A stretch of DNA of 33,360 nt from SAR202 cluster bacterium (lineage in GTDB: Bacteria > Chloroflexota > Dehalococcoidia > Lucifugimonadales > UBA826). Positions 1 to 7,624 of this stretch are shown here, piece after piece (position 1 is the stretch's first letter; each line of letters begins with the position of its first letter). The notes below the pieces were generated by a model that saw nothing but the letters and a program-made list of their open reading frames with translations, did no database searches and was not told the origin of the DNA. Location: positions 1 to 33,360 of the forward strand of contig VFFY01000137.1 of the NCBI GenBank assembly GCA_009392675.1. Reading direction: 5' to 3'. A program made the translations under genes and the position numbers.

Positions 1-2482
1 CGCTTAAATGCACGCCTTCTCCTAACGCGATATAAGCTGTGCCTAGATTCTCTACAATGGATATTTCTCCACTGTGTACCTGAAGTATGGTTGAATCGCT
101 AATTTCTGAAATGGCAAGTCCGGCGAAGTTTTCTAAAGTGGATTTTTCAGATTTCACCAAGCTTGATTCTATTCCGGAGGCAATTCTGCATTCTATTTTT
201 TGTTTTTGTTGAATGTTTAATTCCGATTTCACATTTCTTATTGCTCGGATGAAATCGATTAATTTACCCATTTCCTCGATGCAAGATTTATCTATGGTTG
301 CTTCGGAAATAACTGGGTAGTCTGCCGTGATTAAAGAGTCGGGCCAATCTTTAGGTGTATCCAATGATTTACATAAATTGGCCCAAATTTCTTCAGTAAC
401 AAATGGCAAAAATGGGTGTAATAACCTAAGGGTCTGCTCTAACACGTATGCCAAAATAGATAATGGGGATTCAGCATCGTGGGTTTTCAACCTGTCCTTT
501 GTTAATTCGATGTACCAGTCACAATATTCATTCCAAAGAAAATCGTGAATGTGTGTCTGGGCTTCACCAAACTGGAAATCCACCATAAGGCGATCAACAT
601 CCTCAGTCAGCTGGTCAAGGCGTGAAAGTATCCATTTATCGTGCCGATTTATGATGTTTTCAGGTTTGGCAATTTTGATAGAATCTTCTCTTTTGTTGAG
701 ATTTGAAATAACAAATCTGGATGCATTCCATAGTTTGTTGGCGAAATTACGACTTGATTCAAGTTTCTGTTCGTTCATCCTTAGATTATTTCCGGCAGAT
801 GTACCGGTTGTTAACGCAAACCGCACTGCATCTGCTCCGTATTCATCTATTAGATCGAGAGGGTTGAGTACATTGCCCTTAGTTTTGCTCATTTTTACGC
901 CCTCTGGATCCAAAACAAGACCATGGAGATAAATGGTGTGGAAGGGTATTTGCCCCATATTGGATATGCCTAACATAATCATTCTCGCCACCCAGAAAAA
1001 TAGGATATCGTATCCTGTTTCCATTACCGAGCCAGGGTAGAAAGATTTCAAATCTTCAGTGTCATCAGGCCACCCGAGTGTCGAGTGTGTCCATAACCCA
1101 GAGCTAAACCAGGTATCCAGTACATCTTCGTCTTGTTGTAATTTTGATGACCCGCAGGATTTACAAATTTGTGGGTCCTCATTGGTGACTGTTTCAGACA
1201 AACAGTCACCGCAATACCAAACTGGTATTTGGTGGCCCCACCATAATTGACGGCTTACTGGCCAATCTCGAATATTTTCCATCCAGTTGAAATATACGCT
1301 AGTGAACCTTTCTGGGATGATCTTTATTTGGTTTTCTTTCACAGCTTTTATTGCAGGTGCTGCCAAAGATTCCATTGATATATACCATTGTTTGGATATC
1401 AAGGGCTCGATGATTTCATCACATCTGTCACAATGGCCGATAGAATGCTGGAATGACTCCGTTTCCACCAGTAAGCCTAGGGCCATTAACTGATCTTTAA
1501 TCAGTGTTCTACAGTCAAATTTATCTAGACCCTGAAATTCTCCTGCTGCAGAATTCATTTTCCCGTCATTTCCGATGACAGTTATTGCGGGAAGGTCATT
1601 TCTGAGTCCTATCTCAAAGTCGACCGGATCGTGTGCCGGGGTCACTTTCAAGGCCCCCGTACCAAACCCCATCTCCACGGCTCCATCGGCTACTATCGGT
1701 ATCAGCCGATTAACCAGTGGTAGTTTTATTTCTTTTCCTATGTATCTCTTGAACCTTTCATCTTCCGGGTTAACTGCTACGGCGGTGTCTCCCAGCATTG
1801 TCTCAGGTCTTGTGGTAGCCACCACGAGAAACCCTGACTCATCTGAAAAAGGATATCGTATCTTGTACAAATTTCCGTCGACTTCCTTATATTTAACTTC
1901 AAGATCAGATAAGGCAGTTGAGCACCGTGGGCACCAATTAGCGATCCGTTCGCCTCTATAAATCAATCCTTTCTCATATAGATCCACGAATGTTTTTCGT
2001 ACTGCGGCTCTAGGTATTTCATCCAGTGTAAATTTGCTCCGGGACCAATCGCATGAAGTTCCGAGTCTACGAAGCTGTTCATAGATTCGGCTTCCATATG
2101 TTTCAACCCAGTCCCATATACGGGCCTCAAACTTTTCTCTGCCAAGTTGGTATCGGTTAAGCCCTTCAGTTGCTAGCAATCGTTCGACAACTACTTGAGT
2201 GGCTATGCCAGCATGATCTGTACCAGGCAAATATAAAGTTGGTTCTCCCTTCATGCGATGCCAGCGTACTATCATGTCTTCAATTGCAACTGTCAGTGCA
2301 TGACCCATATGAAGTTCACCTGTTACGTTAGGAGGGGGCATTATCATGACAAAAGGAGGGTTATTGGAAGTGGTATCTGGTTTGAAGTACCCAGACTCTT
2401 CCCAGAATTTGTATATCCTGCTCTCAGTATCCGCCGGGCTATATGCTCGGGACATATTTAATGAATTGCTATTCTGGGCCAT
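1..2482 (-). CDS. valS: Valyl-tRNA synthetase, first ~827 codons; the 3' end runs off the left edge of the window
   Basis: Absent from the supplied ORF track because there is no in-window stop. The reverse strand from ATG 2482 (GGAG 5 nt upstream) is open to base 1. It reads MAQNSNSLNMSRAYSPADTESRIYKFWEESGYF..PPPNVTGELHMGHAL (HIGH motif)..DWPVSRQLWWGHQIPVWYC..DEDVLDTWFSSGLW..GVKMSKTKGN (KMSKS motif). I checked the frame at four positions (2161, 1558, 1282, 4). All track ORFs in 327-2461 are shadow frames. Confidence 0.95.
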   Translation of the reverse strand, partial: MAQNSNSLNMSRAYSPADTESRIYKFWEESGYFKPDTTSNNPPFVMIMPPPNVTGELHMGHALTVAIEDMIVRWHRMKGEPTLYLPGTDHAGIATQVVVERLLATEGLNRYQLGREKFEARIWDWVETYGSRIYEQLRRLGTSCDWSRSKFTLDEIPRAAVRKTFVDLYEKGLIYRGERIANWCPRCSTALSDLEVKYKEVDGNLYKIRYPFSDESGFLVVATTRPETMLGDTAVAVNPEDERFKRYIGKEIKLPLVNRLIPIVADGAVEMGFGTGALKVTPAHDPVDFEIGLRNDLPAITVIGNDGKMNSAAGEFQGLDKFDCRTLIKDQLMALGLLVETESFQHSIGHCDRCDEIIEPLISKQWYISMESLAAPAIKAVKENQIKIIPERFTSVYFNWMENIRDWPVSRQLWWGHQIPVWYCGDCLSETVTNEDPQICKSCGSSKLQQDEDVLDTWFSSGLWTHSTLGWPDDTEDLKSFYPGSVMETGYDILFFWVARMIMLGISNMGQIPFHTIYLHGLVLDPEGVKMSKTKGNVLNPLDLIDEYGADAVRFALTTGTSAGNNLRMNEQKLESSRNFANKLWNASRFVISNLNKREDSIKIAKPENIINRHDKWILSRLDQLTEDVDRLMVDFQFGEAQTHIHDFLWNEYCDWYIELTKDRLKTHDAESPLSILAYVLEQTLRLLHPFLPFVTEEIWANLCKSLDTPKDWPDSLITADYPVISEATIDKSCIEEMGKLIDFIRAIRNVKSELNIQQKQKIECRIASGIESSLVKSEKSTLENFAGLAISEISDSTILQVHSGEISIVENLGTAYIALGEGVHLS

Positions 2483-2549
2483 TATTACTCCGAACTATAA
2501 AATTATAAATCAATAAATTTAAATTAGTTAGTAAGACATGTCGGGCAGC

Positions 2550-3950
2550 TTATATTGAATACTTCGCGGTGCTGTTCTGTGAATTCTTGCTTAACTTACT
2601 GCCCAGATATAACCCTTCTAAGGTGAACTCAAGTGCTGAAATTATTGCGCTGCTACCGGTCATCGGATTACACATGGAAATCAACTTTTCTTGCAATGTT
2701 TCAGAATCTTTAATAGCTTCTAAATATTCATCGTCTGATATTGAACTACCAGATTGTATGGTTAATCCTTCCTCAAATTTTCCCAATAAGAAGTCAAACT
2801 CATCTGGTTCTGTGTATTTAGCGAATACATTTGAAATTGCCCTATCCACAATATCCCCAATTATTTTTGTTTCTAAACCTTCCTCCACCGTCTCTAATTC
2901 CACTTTACCAATAGTCGATGCTATTAGGTATGAGAGATCACTAATTCTCGGTGAGGAAACAGAGTGGGTGGCTAGACTTCTTCTAAAGGATTGTCCGATC
3001 ATTGTCTCAAAATTAGAAATAGAAACTCTTAAACTTACTCCAGATCTTTGGTTTATTTCTGGGCTCCTGCGGGCTAAATGAGTTATTTCGCCGATAATGT
3101 CTTTCATGAATTTAGGAGTTTTTACTAATTTGTCGGAATCTGAGAACTTCTTATATTCCTGCTTTACTATTTCCATTTCCTGTGAAACTTCAGCTGGATA
3201 GTGGGTTCGTATTTGGGCGCCGTACCTGTCCTTGAGCGGTGTAATTATGCGACCTCTGTTTGTGTAATCTTCAGGGTTGGCGGTGGCAACAATTATCATA
3301 TCTAACGGCAATCTCACCTGATGACCTTTTATCTGTATATCTCGTTCTTGCATTAAATTGAATAAACTAACCTGTATTCGCTCGGTAAGGTCTGGAAGTT
3401 CATTTATACAGAACAAACCTCTATTTGTGCGAGGTATCATTCCATAATGTATTGCCAACGCATCCGATAAATATCGTCCTTCAGCTACTTTGATAGGATC
3501 AATTTCTCCTATTAAATCAGCCACTGAAACATCTGGGGTAGCAAGTTTTTCCGAATAACGTTCCTCTCTGGATAGCCAACTTAATTTTGTATCATTTTTG
3601 TCTTCAGCAAGAATTTCGATCCCATACTGGCTTATAGGGTGGAAAGGATCGTCATTTATTTCAGAACCTTTGATAAAGGGGATATGCTCATCCAGCAAAT
3701 CCACCATAAGTCTGATTATTCTTGACTTGGCCTGTCCTCTTTCGCCTAGCAGAATAATATCTTGCCCAGCAAGAATGGCGTTTTGTATTTGTGGGATAAC
3801 GGATTGATCAAATCCGACGATTCCAGGAAATACTTCCAAATCATCGCTAATTCTTCGAACTAAATTGCTTCTGATTTCTTCTTTGACTGAGCGGGATTTG
3901 TAACCCGATTCTACTAATGCACCTAATGTTTCTGGTAGATGTTCTGGCAC
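2550..3950 (-). CDS. AAA+ ATPase of the Mg-chelatase subunit I (ChlI/BchI)-like family, often annotated 'sigma-54 interaction domain' protein
   Basis: 466-aa ORF with a GTG start and AGAGGG about 8 nt upstream. Walker A-like LLGERGQAKSR, Walker B-like LFCINELPDL, and the VATANPEDYTNRGRIITPLKDRYG block typical of ChlI-like ATPases. It lies 23 nt downstream of folB. Confidence 0.8.
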   Translation of the reverse strand: MPEHLPETLGALVESGYKSRSVKEEIRSNLVRRISDDLEVFPGIVGFDQSVIPQIQNAILAGQDIILLGERGQAKSRIIRLMVDLLDEHIPFIKGSEINDDPFHPISQYGIEILAEDKNDTKLSWLSREERYSEKLATPDVSVADLIGEIDPIKVAEGRYLSDALAIHYGMIPRTNRGLFCINELPDLTERIQVSLFNLMQERDIQIKGHQVRLPLDMIIVATANPEDYTNRGRIITPLKDRYGAQIRTHYPAEVSQEMEIVKQEYKKFSDSDKLVKTPKFMKDIIGEITHLARRSPEINQRSGVSLRVSISNFETMIGQSFRRSLATHSVSSPRISDLSYLIASTIGKVELETVEEGLETKIIGDIVDRAISNVFAKYTEPDEFDFLLGKFEEGLTIQSGSSISDDEYLEAIKDSETLQEKLISMCNPMTGSSAIISALEFTLEGLYLGSKLSKNSQNSTAKYSI

Positions 3951-3973
3951 TCTTAAACCCTCTTTAATGAATT

Positions 3974-4348
3974 TTATTTACCTTTGTTACGGGTTAAGGT
4001 AACCCCTGCGTAATCTAGATTGGCTCCATTTATTGGTACGTCTGGCTTCTTAATTGTCACAGATATCGATTCAATATCATAGTTGAGAAGTATTGAGTCT
4101 GAAATGTTTTTCGCCACACTTTCAAGGAGATTATGAGGTGGTCCTTCCACAATTGATTTTACAGTTTTGAATAAATCAGAGTAGCTGACTGTGTCGCAAA
4201 CCATGTCTGATAAAGACGGTTTCAACAAGGAACATTCGACCGTTACATCAACAACAAACTTTTGCCCGACCAAACGTTCCTCAGGATTGACACCATGATA
4301 CCCGTAAAACATCATACCCTTGAGTATGATGTGGTCTTGATTCTTCAT
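3974..4348 (-). CDS. folB: Dihydroneopterin aldolase
   Basis: 124 aa. GMMFYGYHGVNPEERLVGQKFVVDV matches the FolB signature (GxHGV.PEE..GQ.F.VD). Its ATG overlaps the upstream gene's TAA by 1 nt (TAATG at 4346-4350). Confidence 0.9.
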   Translation of the reverse strand: MKNQDHIILKGMMFYGYHGVNPEERLVGQKFVVDVTVECSLLKPSLSDMVCDTVSYSDLFKTVKSIVEGPPHNLLESVAKNISDSILLNYDIESISVTIKKPDVPINGANLDYAGVTLTRNKGK

Positions 4349-5223
4349 TAAGAAACGATATCCATTTGCCTGGCTTGGCCAAGTAGAGATTGCGCCCTTT
4401 TAACCACAGGCACGTCCACCACTTGACCGTTCAAAGAAGTAGAACCCCTGCCATTTGCTGCTGCTTCCCCGAAAACTTTGATAACTTCCATTGCATGAGA
4501 TATTTCCTTCTTGGAAGGTGAGAAACACTGGTTAATTATGTCTACTTGCAATGGGTGTATTGCGAACTTTCCTTTAAAACCGATGGATCTGGCTTGTTCT
4601 GAATTTAATTTCAGCCTATCGGGATCCTTAAAGCCGAAAAACGGGGTGTCCAAGGCTAAAACCCCAGCGGCCCTGGCTGCTATTGCTACCTGACTTCGCG
4701 GGAAAAGTATTTCACGGTCGTCTTCATTTCGTTCGATCCCCATGTCGTTGGTGAAATCTTCTGCTCCGAACGCCGCGGCTATTATACGATCATCGGAAGA
4801 TAATATTTGGTGGGCGTTTAAAATGCCTACAGCGGTTTCTATCCAGAGTACTAGTTTGATAGATCCCTCTGCGAGACCACGCTCAGTTTCCAATCGAGCA
4901 ATAGCTTCTGATATGACTGACACATCAGCGGGCGTGTTGATCTTCCCGACAGACACACCATATATGTGTGGTCCGACGATAGCCTCTAAATCAGTCTCAC
5001 AAAGGCCAGTCTCTAATGAATTTATTCGAGGAATAACCCTTTTACCAGTATTTGCTAGCATTTCTAGGTTAACCGAGACAGTTTCTCGCGCTTGTGATTT
5101 ATCGTCCCATGCTACAGAATCTTCCATATCTGGCACAAAAGCATCAGGAAAAAAAGAACTGGCCTTAGTTAGCATGTTTGGCTGGTTTCCAGGGACAAAT
5201 AGTAAACTTCTCAGATAAAGCAA
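4348..5223 (-). CDS. HpcH/HpaI aldolase / citrate lyase beta (CitE)-like, malyl-CoA lyase family enzyme
   Basis: LRSLLFVPGNQP N-terminus, DMEDSVA metal/substrate motif and a C-terminal FKGKFAIHPLQV block, all typical of CitE-like lyases. The track ORF extends to 5343. I prefer TTG at 5223 (GGAGG at 5232-5236, 8-nt spacer), which gives MLYLRSLLFVPG and removes the overlap with cofE. ATG 5289 is an alternative. Confidence 0.8.
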   Translation of the reverse strand: MLYLRSLLFVPGNQPNMLTKASSFFPDAFVPDMEDSVAWDDKSQARETVSVNLEMLANTGKRVIPRINSLETGLCETDLEAIVGPHIYGVSVGKINTPADVSVISEAIARLETERGLAEGSIKLVLWIETAVGILNAHQILSSDDRIIAAAFGAEDFTNDMGIERNEDDREILFPRSQVAIAARAAGVLALDTPFFGFKDPDRLKLNSEQARSIGFKGKFAIHPLQVDIINQCFSPSKKEISHAMEVIKVFGEAAANGRGSTSLNGQVVDVPVVKRAQSLLGQARQMDIVS

Positions 5224-5313
5224 AGAAAAAACCTCCTGCCTGCGAGAATATTGGAAATGAACATAATAATGGTTTCGCGAGTATAACATTAACAATTTAG
5301 AGGATATTAACTT

Positions 5314-6075
5314 ATGGGGAATATAGAAATTATAGGTCTGCACGGTCTCCCTGAATTCGATATTTCACATGATTTGCCAAAATTGATTCACGAATCGGCA
5401 CTCTCCTCGGCTGGAGGCATAAAATCGGGAGATGTGATAGTAGTTACTCAGAAAATTGTTTCCAAAGTTGAAGGAATGGTTCGTGATTTAATAGATGTCA
5501 TCCCTACCCCGGAAGCCTCAGAGTTGGCGGATAAACTTGGAAAAGACCCAAGATTGGTTCAAATGATTTTGGAACAGTCATCGGAAATTGTAAGGACAGA
5601 TTTTGAGAGAGGAGTTTTGATAACGGAGAGCATCCATGGGTTCATTTGCGCCAACGCAGGGATTGATTCTTCTAACATAGAGGGAGATACTAAAATTGCT
5701 CTTCTACCAAGGGACTCAAATGCTTCGGCAAAAAAGATTCTCAAAGAACTGAAAAAATTATCAAAAATAGACTCAATCGGTGTCATCATTTCAGATACAT
5801 TTGGCCGCCCCTGGAGGGATGGACACGTAAATTTTGCCATTGGTTGCGCAGGAATGAGCCCTTACATAGACTACAAAGACACCATAGATGCCGTTGGCAA
5901 AGTACTTAAGGTAACCACGATAGCTGTTGCGGATGAATTTGCCGCGGCCTCGGAGTTAGTGACCGGAAAGTCCCTAAACATTCCCGTGGTACTGATTAGA
6001 GGAGGCGAATTCAAGCCCGAAAGCCAGGATGAGGAATCCTTGCTGAGACCAAAAGAAAACGATCTATTTCGTTAG
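5314..6075 (+). CDS. cofE: Coenzyme F420-0:L-glutamate ligase (standalone CofE, no C-terminal nitroreductase domain)
   Basis: 253 aa. VVVTQKIVSKVEG, ICANAGIDSSN and SDTFGRPWRDGHVNFAIGCAG motifs are characteristic of CofE / the FbiB N-domain. GAGGA sits 9 nt upstream of the ATG. Confidence 0.9.
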   Translation: MGNIEIIGLHGLPEFDISHDLPKLIHESALSSAGGIKSGDVIVVTQKIVSKVEGMVRDLIDVIPTPEASELADKLGKDPRLVQMILEQSSEIVRTDFERGVLITESIHGFICANAGIDSSNIEGDTKIALLPRDSNASAKKILKELKKLSKIDSIGVIISDTFGRPWRDGHVNFAIGCAGMSPYIDYKDTIDAVGKVLKVTTIAVADEFAAASELVTGKSLNIPVVLIRGGEFKPESQDEESLLRPKENDLFR

Positions 6076-6342
6076 TTATTCTTCCTCATCATCAGTGATG
6101 TTGGGAGCAACACTCACATAAGATGCTTCTCTGGTGGCACCAGTAGACTTTCCTAACTGGTCTAAGGAAATATCAGATCCCCAAGAGGAACCTTCAAAAT
6201 AATTCATGAAATCTCTTTGAGTACCACAAAGTTTGCACTTACCGGAACTAGTAGGTCCATCGGGATCACCTATGATCCAGTGGTGAAAGCATGTTTTTTC
6301 ACTTGCGGGTTCAACTATATCTATCGAATCTATCTTGGCCAC
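6076..6342 (-). CDS. Small Cys/His (zinc-ribbon-like) protein with an acidic tail; function unknown
   Basis: 88 aa with a GTG start and GAGG 8 nt upstream. C-x-HH-x15-C-x2-C arrangement (CFHHWIIGDPDGPTSSGKCKLCG) and a C-terminal DDEEE. Its stop abuts the cofE stop with 0 nt between them. Confidence 0.6.
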   Translation of the reverse strand: MAKIDSIDIVEPASEKTCFHHWIIGDPDGPTSSGKCKLCGTQRDFMNYFEGSSWGSDISLDQLGKSTGATREASYVSVAPNITDDEEE

Positions 6343-6461
6343 AATAACCGCCTCTGCTGTTCTTAAAAATTTTCCAATCCTGAGTGGAGGAAGTATACCA
6401 TATTGTGATAAATTATGGAAACACTATCATTATAAGAAATACAAGATTGGTTAATTTACCT

Positions 6462-7124
6462 TCACCAAGTCTCTAAAATGTAGGCAGAATTCCAAAAATT
6501 ATATTCGTATCGGGTACTGGTAAAGAAAATATCTTTTAGGGTTTCTTGGTTAGCCTTGGTCATAGTTTTAGCCTCCCGGTCGATGAAATGGCGGATCCAT
6601 AGGGCCAGTTGCTCAAATTCATCAGAGTTGTACATTTCGATCCATCTCGAATATAGAGGATTATTCTGCGGTACTCCTTTTTTAAATAAACGCTTGCCGA
6701 TCTCTGAGTAACCCCATGAGCACGGCAATATAGCGGTGGCTATTTCAGGCGTAGACCCTGAATAACCTATCTCCAAAAGATGCCTTGTGTATGCATGAGT
6801 GGCTGGCGACATCTTTGTGGTTAAAAGGTCTTTTTCCTGGATATCGAAATCTTGACAAAAGCTGATATGAAGGGCCATTTCGGTATTCAAGGTTTCATTC
6901 AACAATGTGGCAAACCAGCCCATGTCGTCAAGATGTTTTGATTTTGCGATGGCAAGAGATATGACTTTAGAAAATTCAATTAGAAATAAATAATCTTGTT
7001 TCATATAGTGTTGGAATTTTTCAAGGGCAAGAGTCCCATCTCCTATTCCTTGCACAAAAGGGTGCATGTACTCTTTTTCCCAAAGGTAATCAGCTTCTTC
7101 TCGAAGTAACTTTGTGTAACTCAT
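6462..7124 (-). CDS. tenA: Thiaminase II / aminopyrimidine aminohydrolase (TenA_C type)
   Basis: 220 aa. HPFVQGIGDGTL..F..Y..QDY.FL N-terminus, an active-site Cys context ILPCSWGYSEIG, and a C-terminal YEYNFW block. Confidence 0.9.
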   Translation of the reverse strand: MSYTKLLREEADYLWEKEYMHPFVQGIGDGTLALEKFQHYMKQDYLFLIEFSKVISLAIAKSKHLDDMGWFATLLNETLNTEMALHISFCQDFDIQEKDLLTTKMSPATHAYTRHLLEIGYSGSTPEIATAILPCSWGYSEIGKRLFKKGVPQNNPLYSRWIEMYNSDEFEQLALWIRHFIDREAKTMTKANQETLKDIFFTSTRYEYNFWNSAYILETW

Positions 7125-7136
7125 TTGAATTTCCGA

Positions 7137-7517
7137 TTATCCTTTAACCACAATACTGATATCTGTTCCGGCTCTCACTCCTCGGAAAAGCTTCTCGTCA
7201 CCGTTGATATGGCCAAATACATTCACCGCACTCGCAGCTCTTGGGTGATCATCGGTACTTGCAGGAGTCCGTCCGAAGAATATACAAAACGCATTACCTG
7301 GAGGCCAAAATGCAATATCTCCTGATGACACTAAATCTGAAGCCCCTGGATGCTCATTGGTGCTGACGGGAATGCCAAAGTATATTTCATCTCCCCATAT
7401 GTTTGCTGTACCTGATAAAGGTAACGAATTCCAGATTTGTTCAGCCATGTCTGACTCATTCAAGGTCGCATCAATCGAAAGGTTACCAGCGCTTAATGTT
7501 ATAGATCGCTCGTTCAT
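7137..7517 (-). CDS. Cyclophilin-like fold protein, DUF3830 family
   Basis: WGDEIYFGIPV, FWPPGNAFCIFFGRTPAS and PRAASAVNVFG are the blocks I recognise from DUF3830 proteins. I prefer ATG 7517 (AGGAGG at 7522-7527) over the track's 7547. It stops 12 nt before the tenA start. Confidence 0.8.
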   Translation of the reverse strand: MNERSITLSAGNLSIDATLNESDMAEQIWNSLPLSGTANIWGDEIYFGIPVSTNEHPGASDLVSSGDIAFWPPGNAFCIFFGRTPASTDDHPRAASAVNVFGHINGDEKLFRGVRAGTDISIVVKG

Positions 7518-7624
7518 GAAACCTCCTACTTGCAGGTTCGGGGGCAAAGAAAGTTGACAGACTCAGGGTTCACCATACCATATGGTTCCACCCAAACTTT
7601 CAGCTTTAAGACGGGGTGAAATAT

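Noticed and set aside
327-2461. Seven track ORFs (six on the + strand plus 1963-2145 on the - strand) of 60-128 aa
   Set aside because: All lie inside the uninterrupted valS reading frame on the reverse strand. They are low-complexity shadow frames with no RBS or motifs.
2569-3081. 170-aa + strand ORF (and 3598-3807) antisense to the AAA+ ATPase
   Set aside because: Shadow ORFs of a well-supported gene. They are Ser/Leu/Ile-rich with no recognisable domain.
4511-5218. + strand ORFs of 60 and 158 aa antisense to the CitE-like gene
   Set aside because: Shadow frames. The composition is typical of antisense translation (Ser/Ala/Thr-rich).
5224-5343. N-terminal extension of the CitE-like ORF (MQTYNFYIPHK...) overlapping the cofE start
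   Set aside because: The extension has no homology to CitE N-termini, which begin near RSLLFVPG. A GGAGG-8 nt-TTG start at 5223 explains the gene without a 30-nt head-on overlap.
7577-7586. Perfect 10-bp palindrome ACCATATGGT in the DUF3830/glpK divergent region, considered as an operator
   Set aside because: A 10-bp palindrome is expected by chance many times in 33 kb. It has no flanking extension and no second copy.
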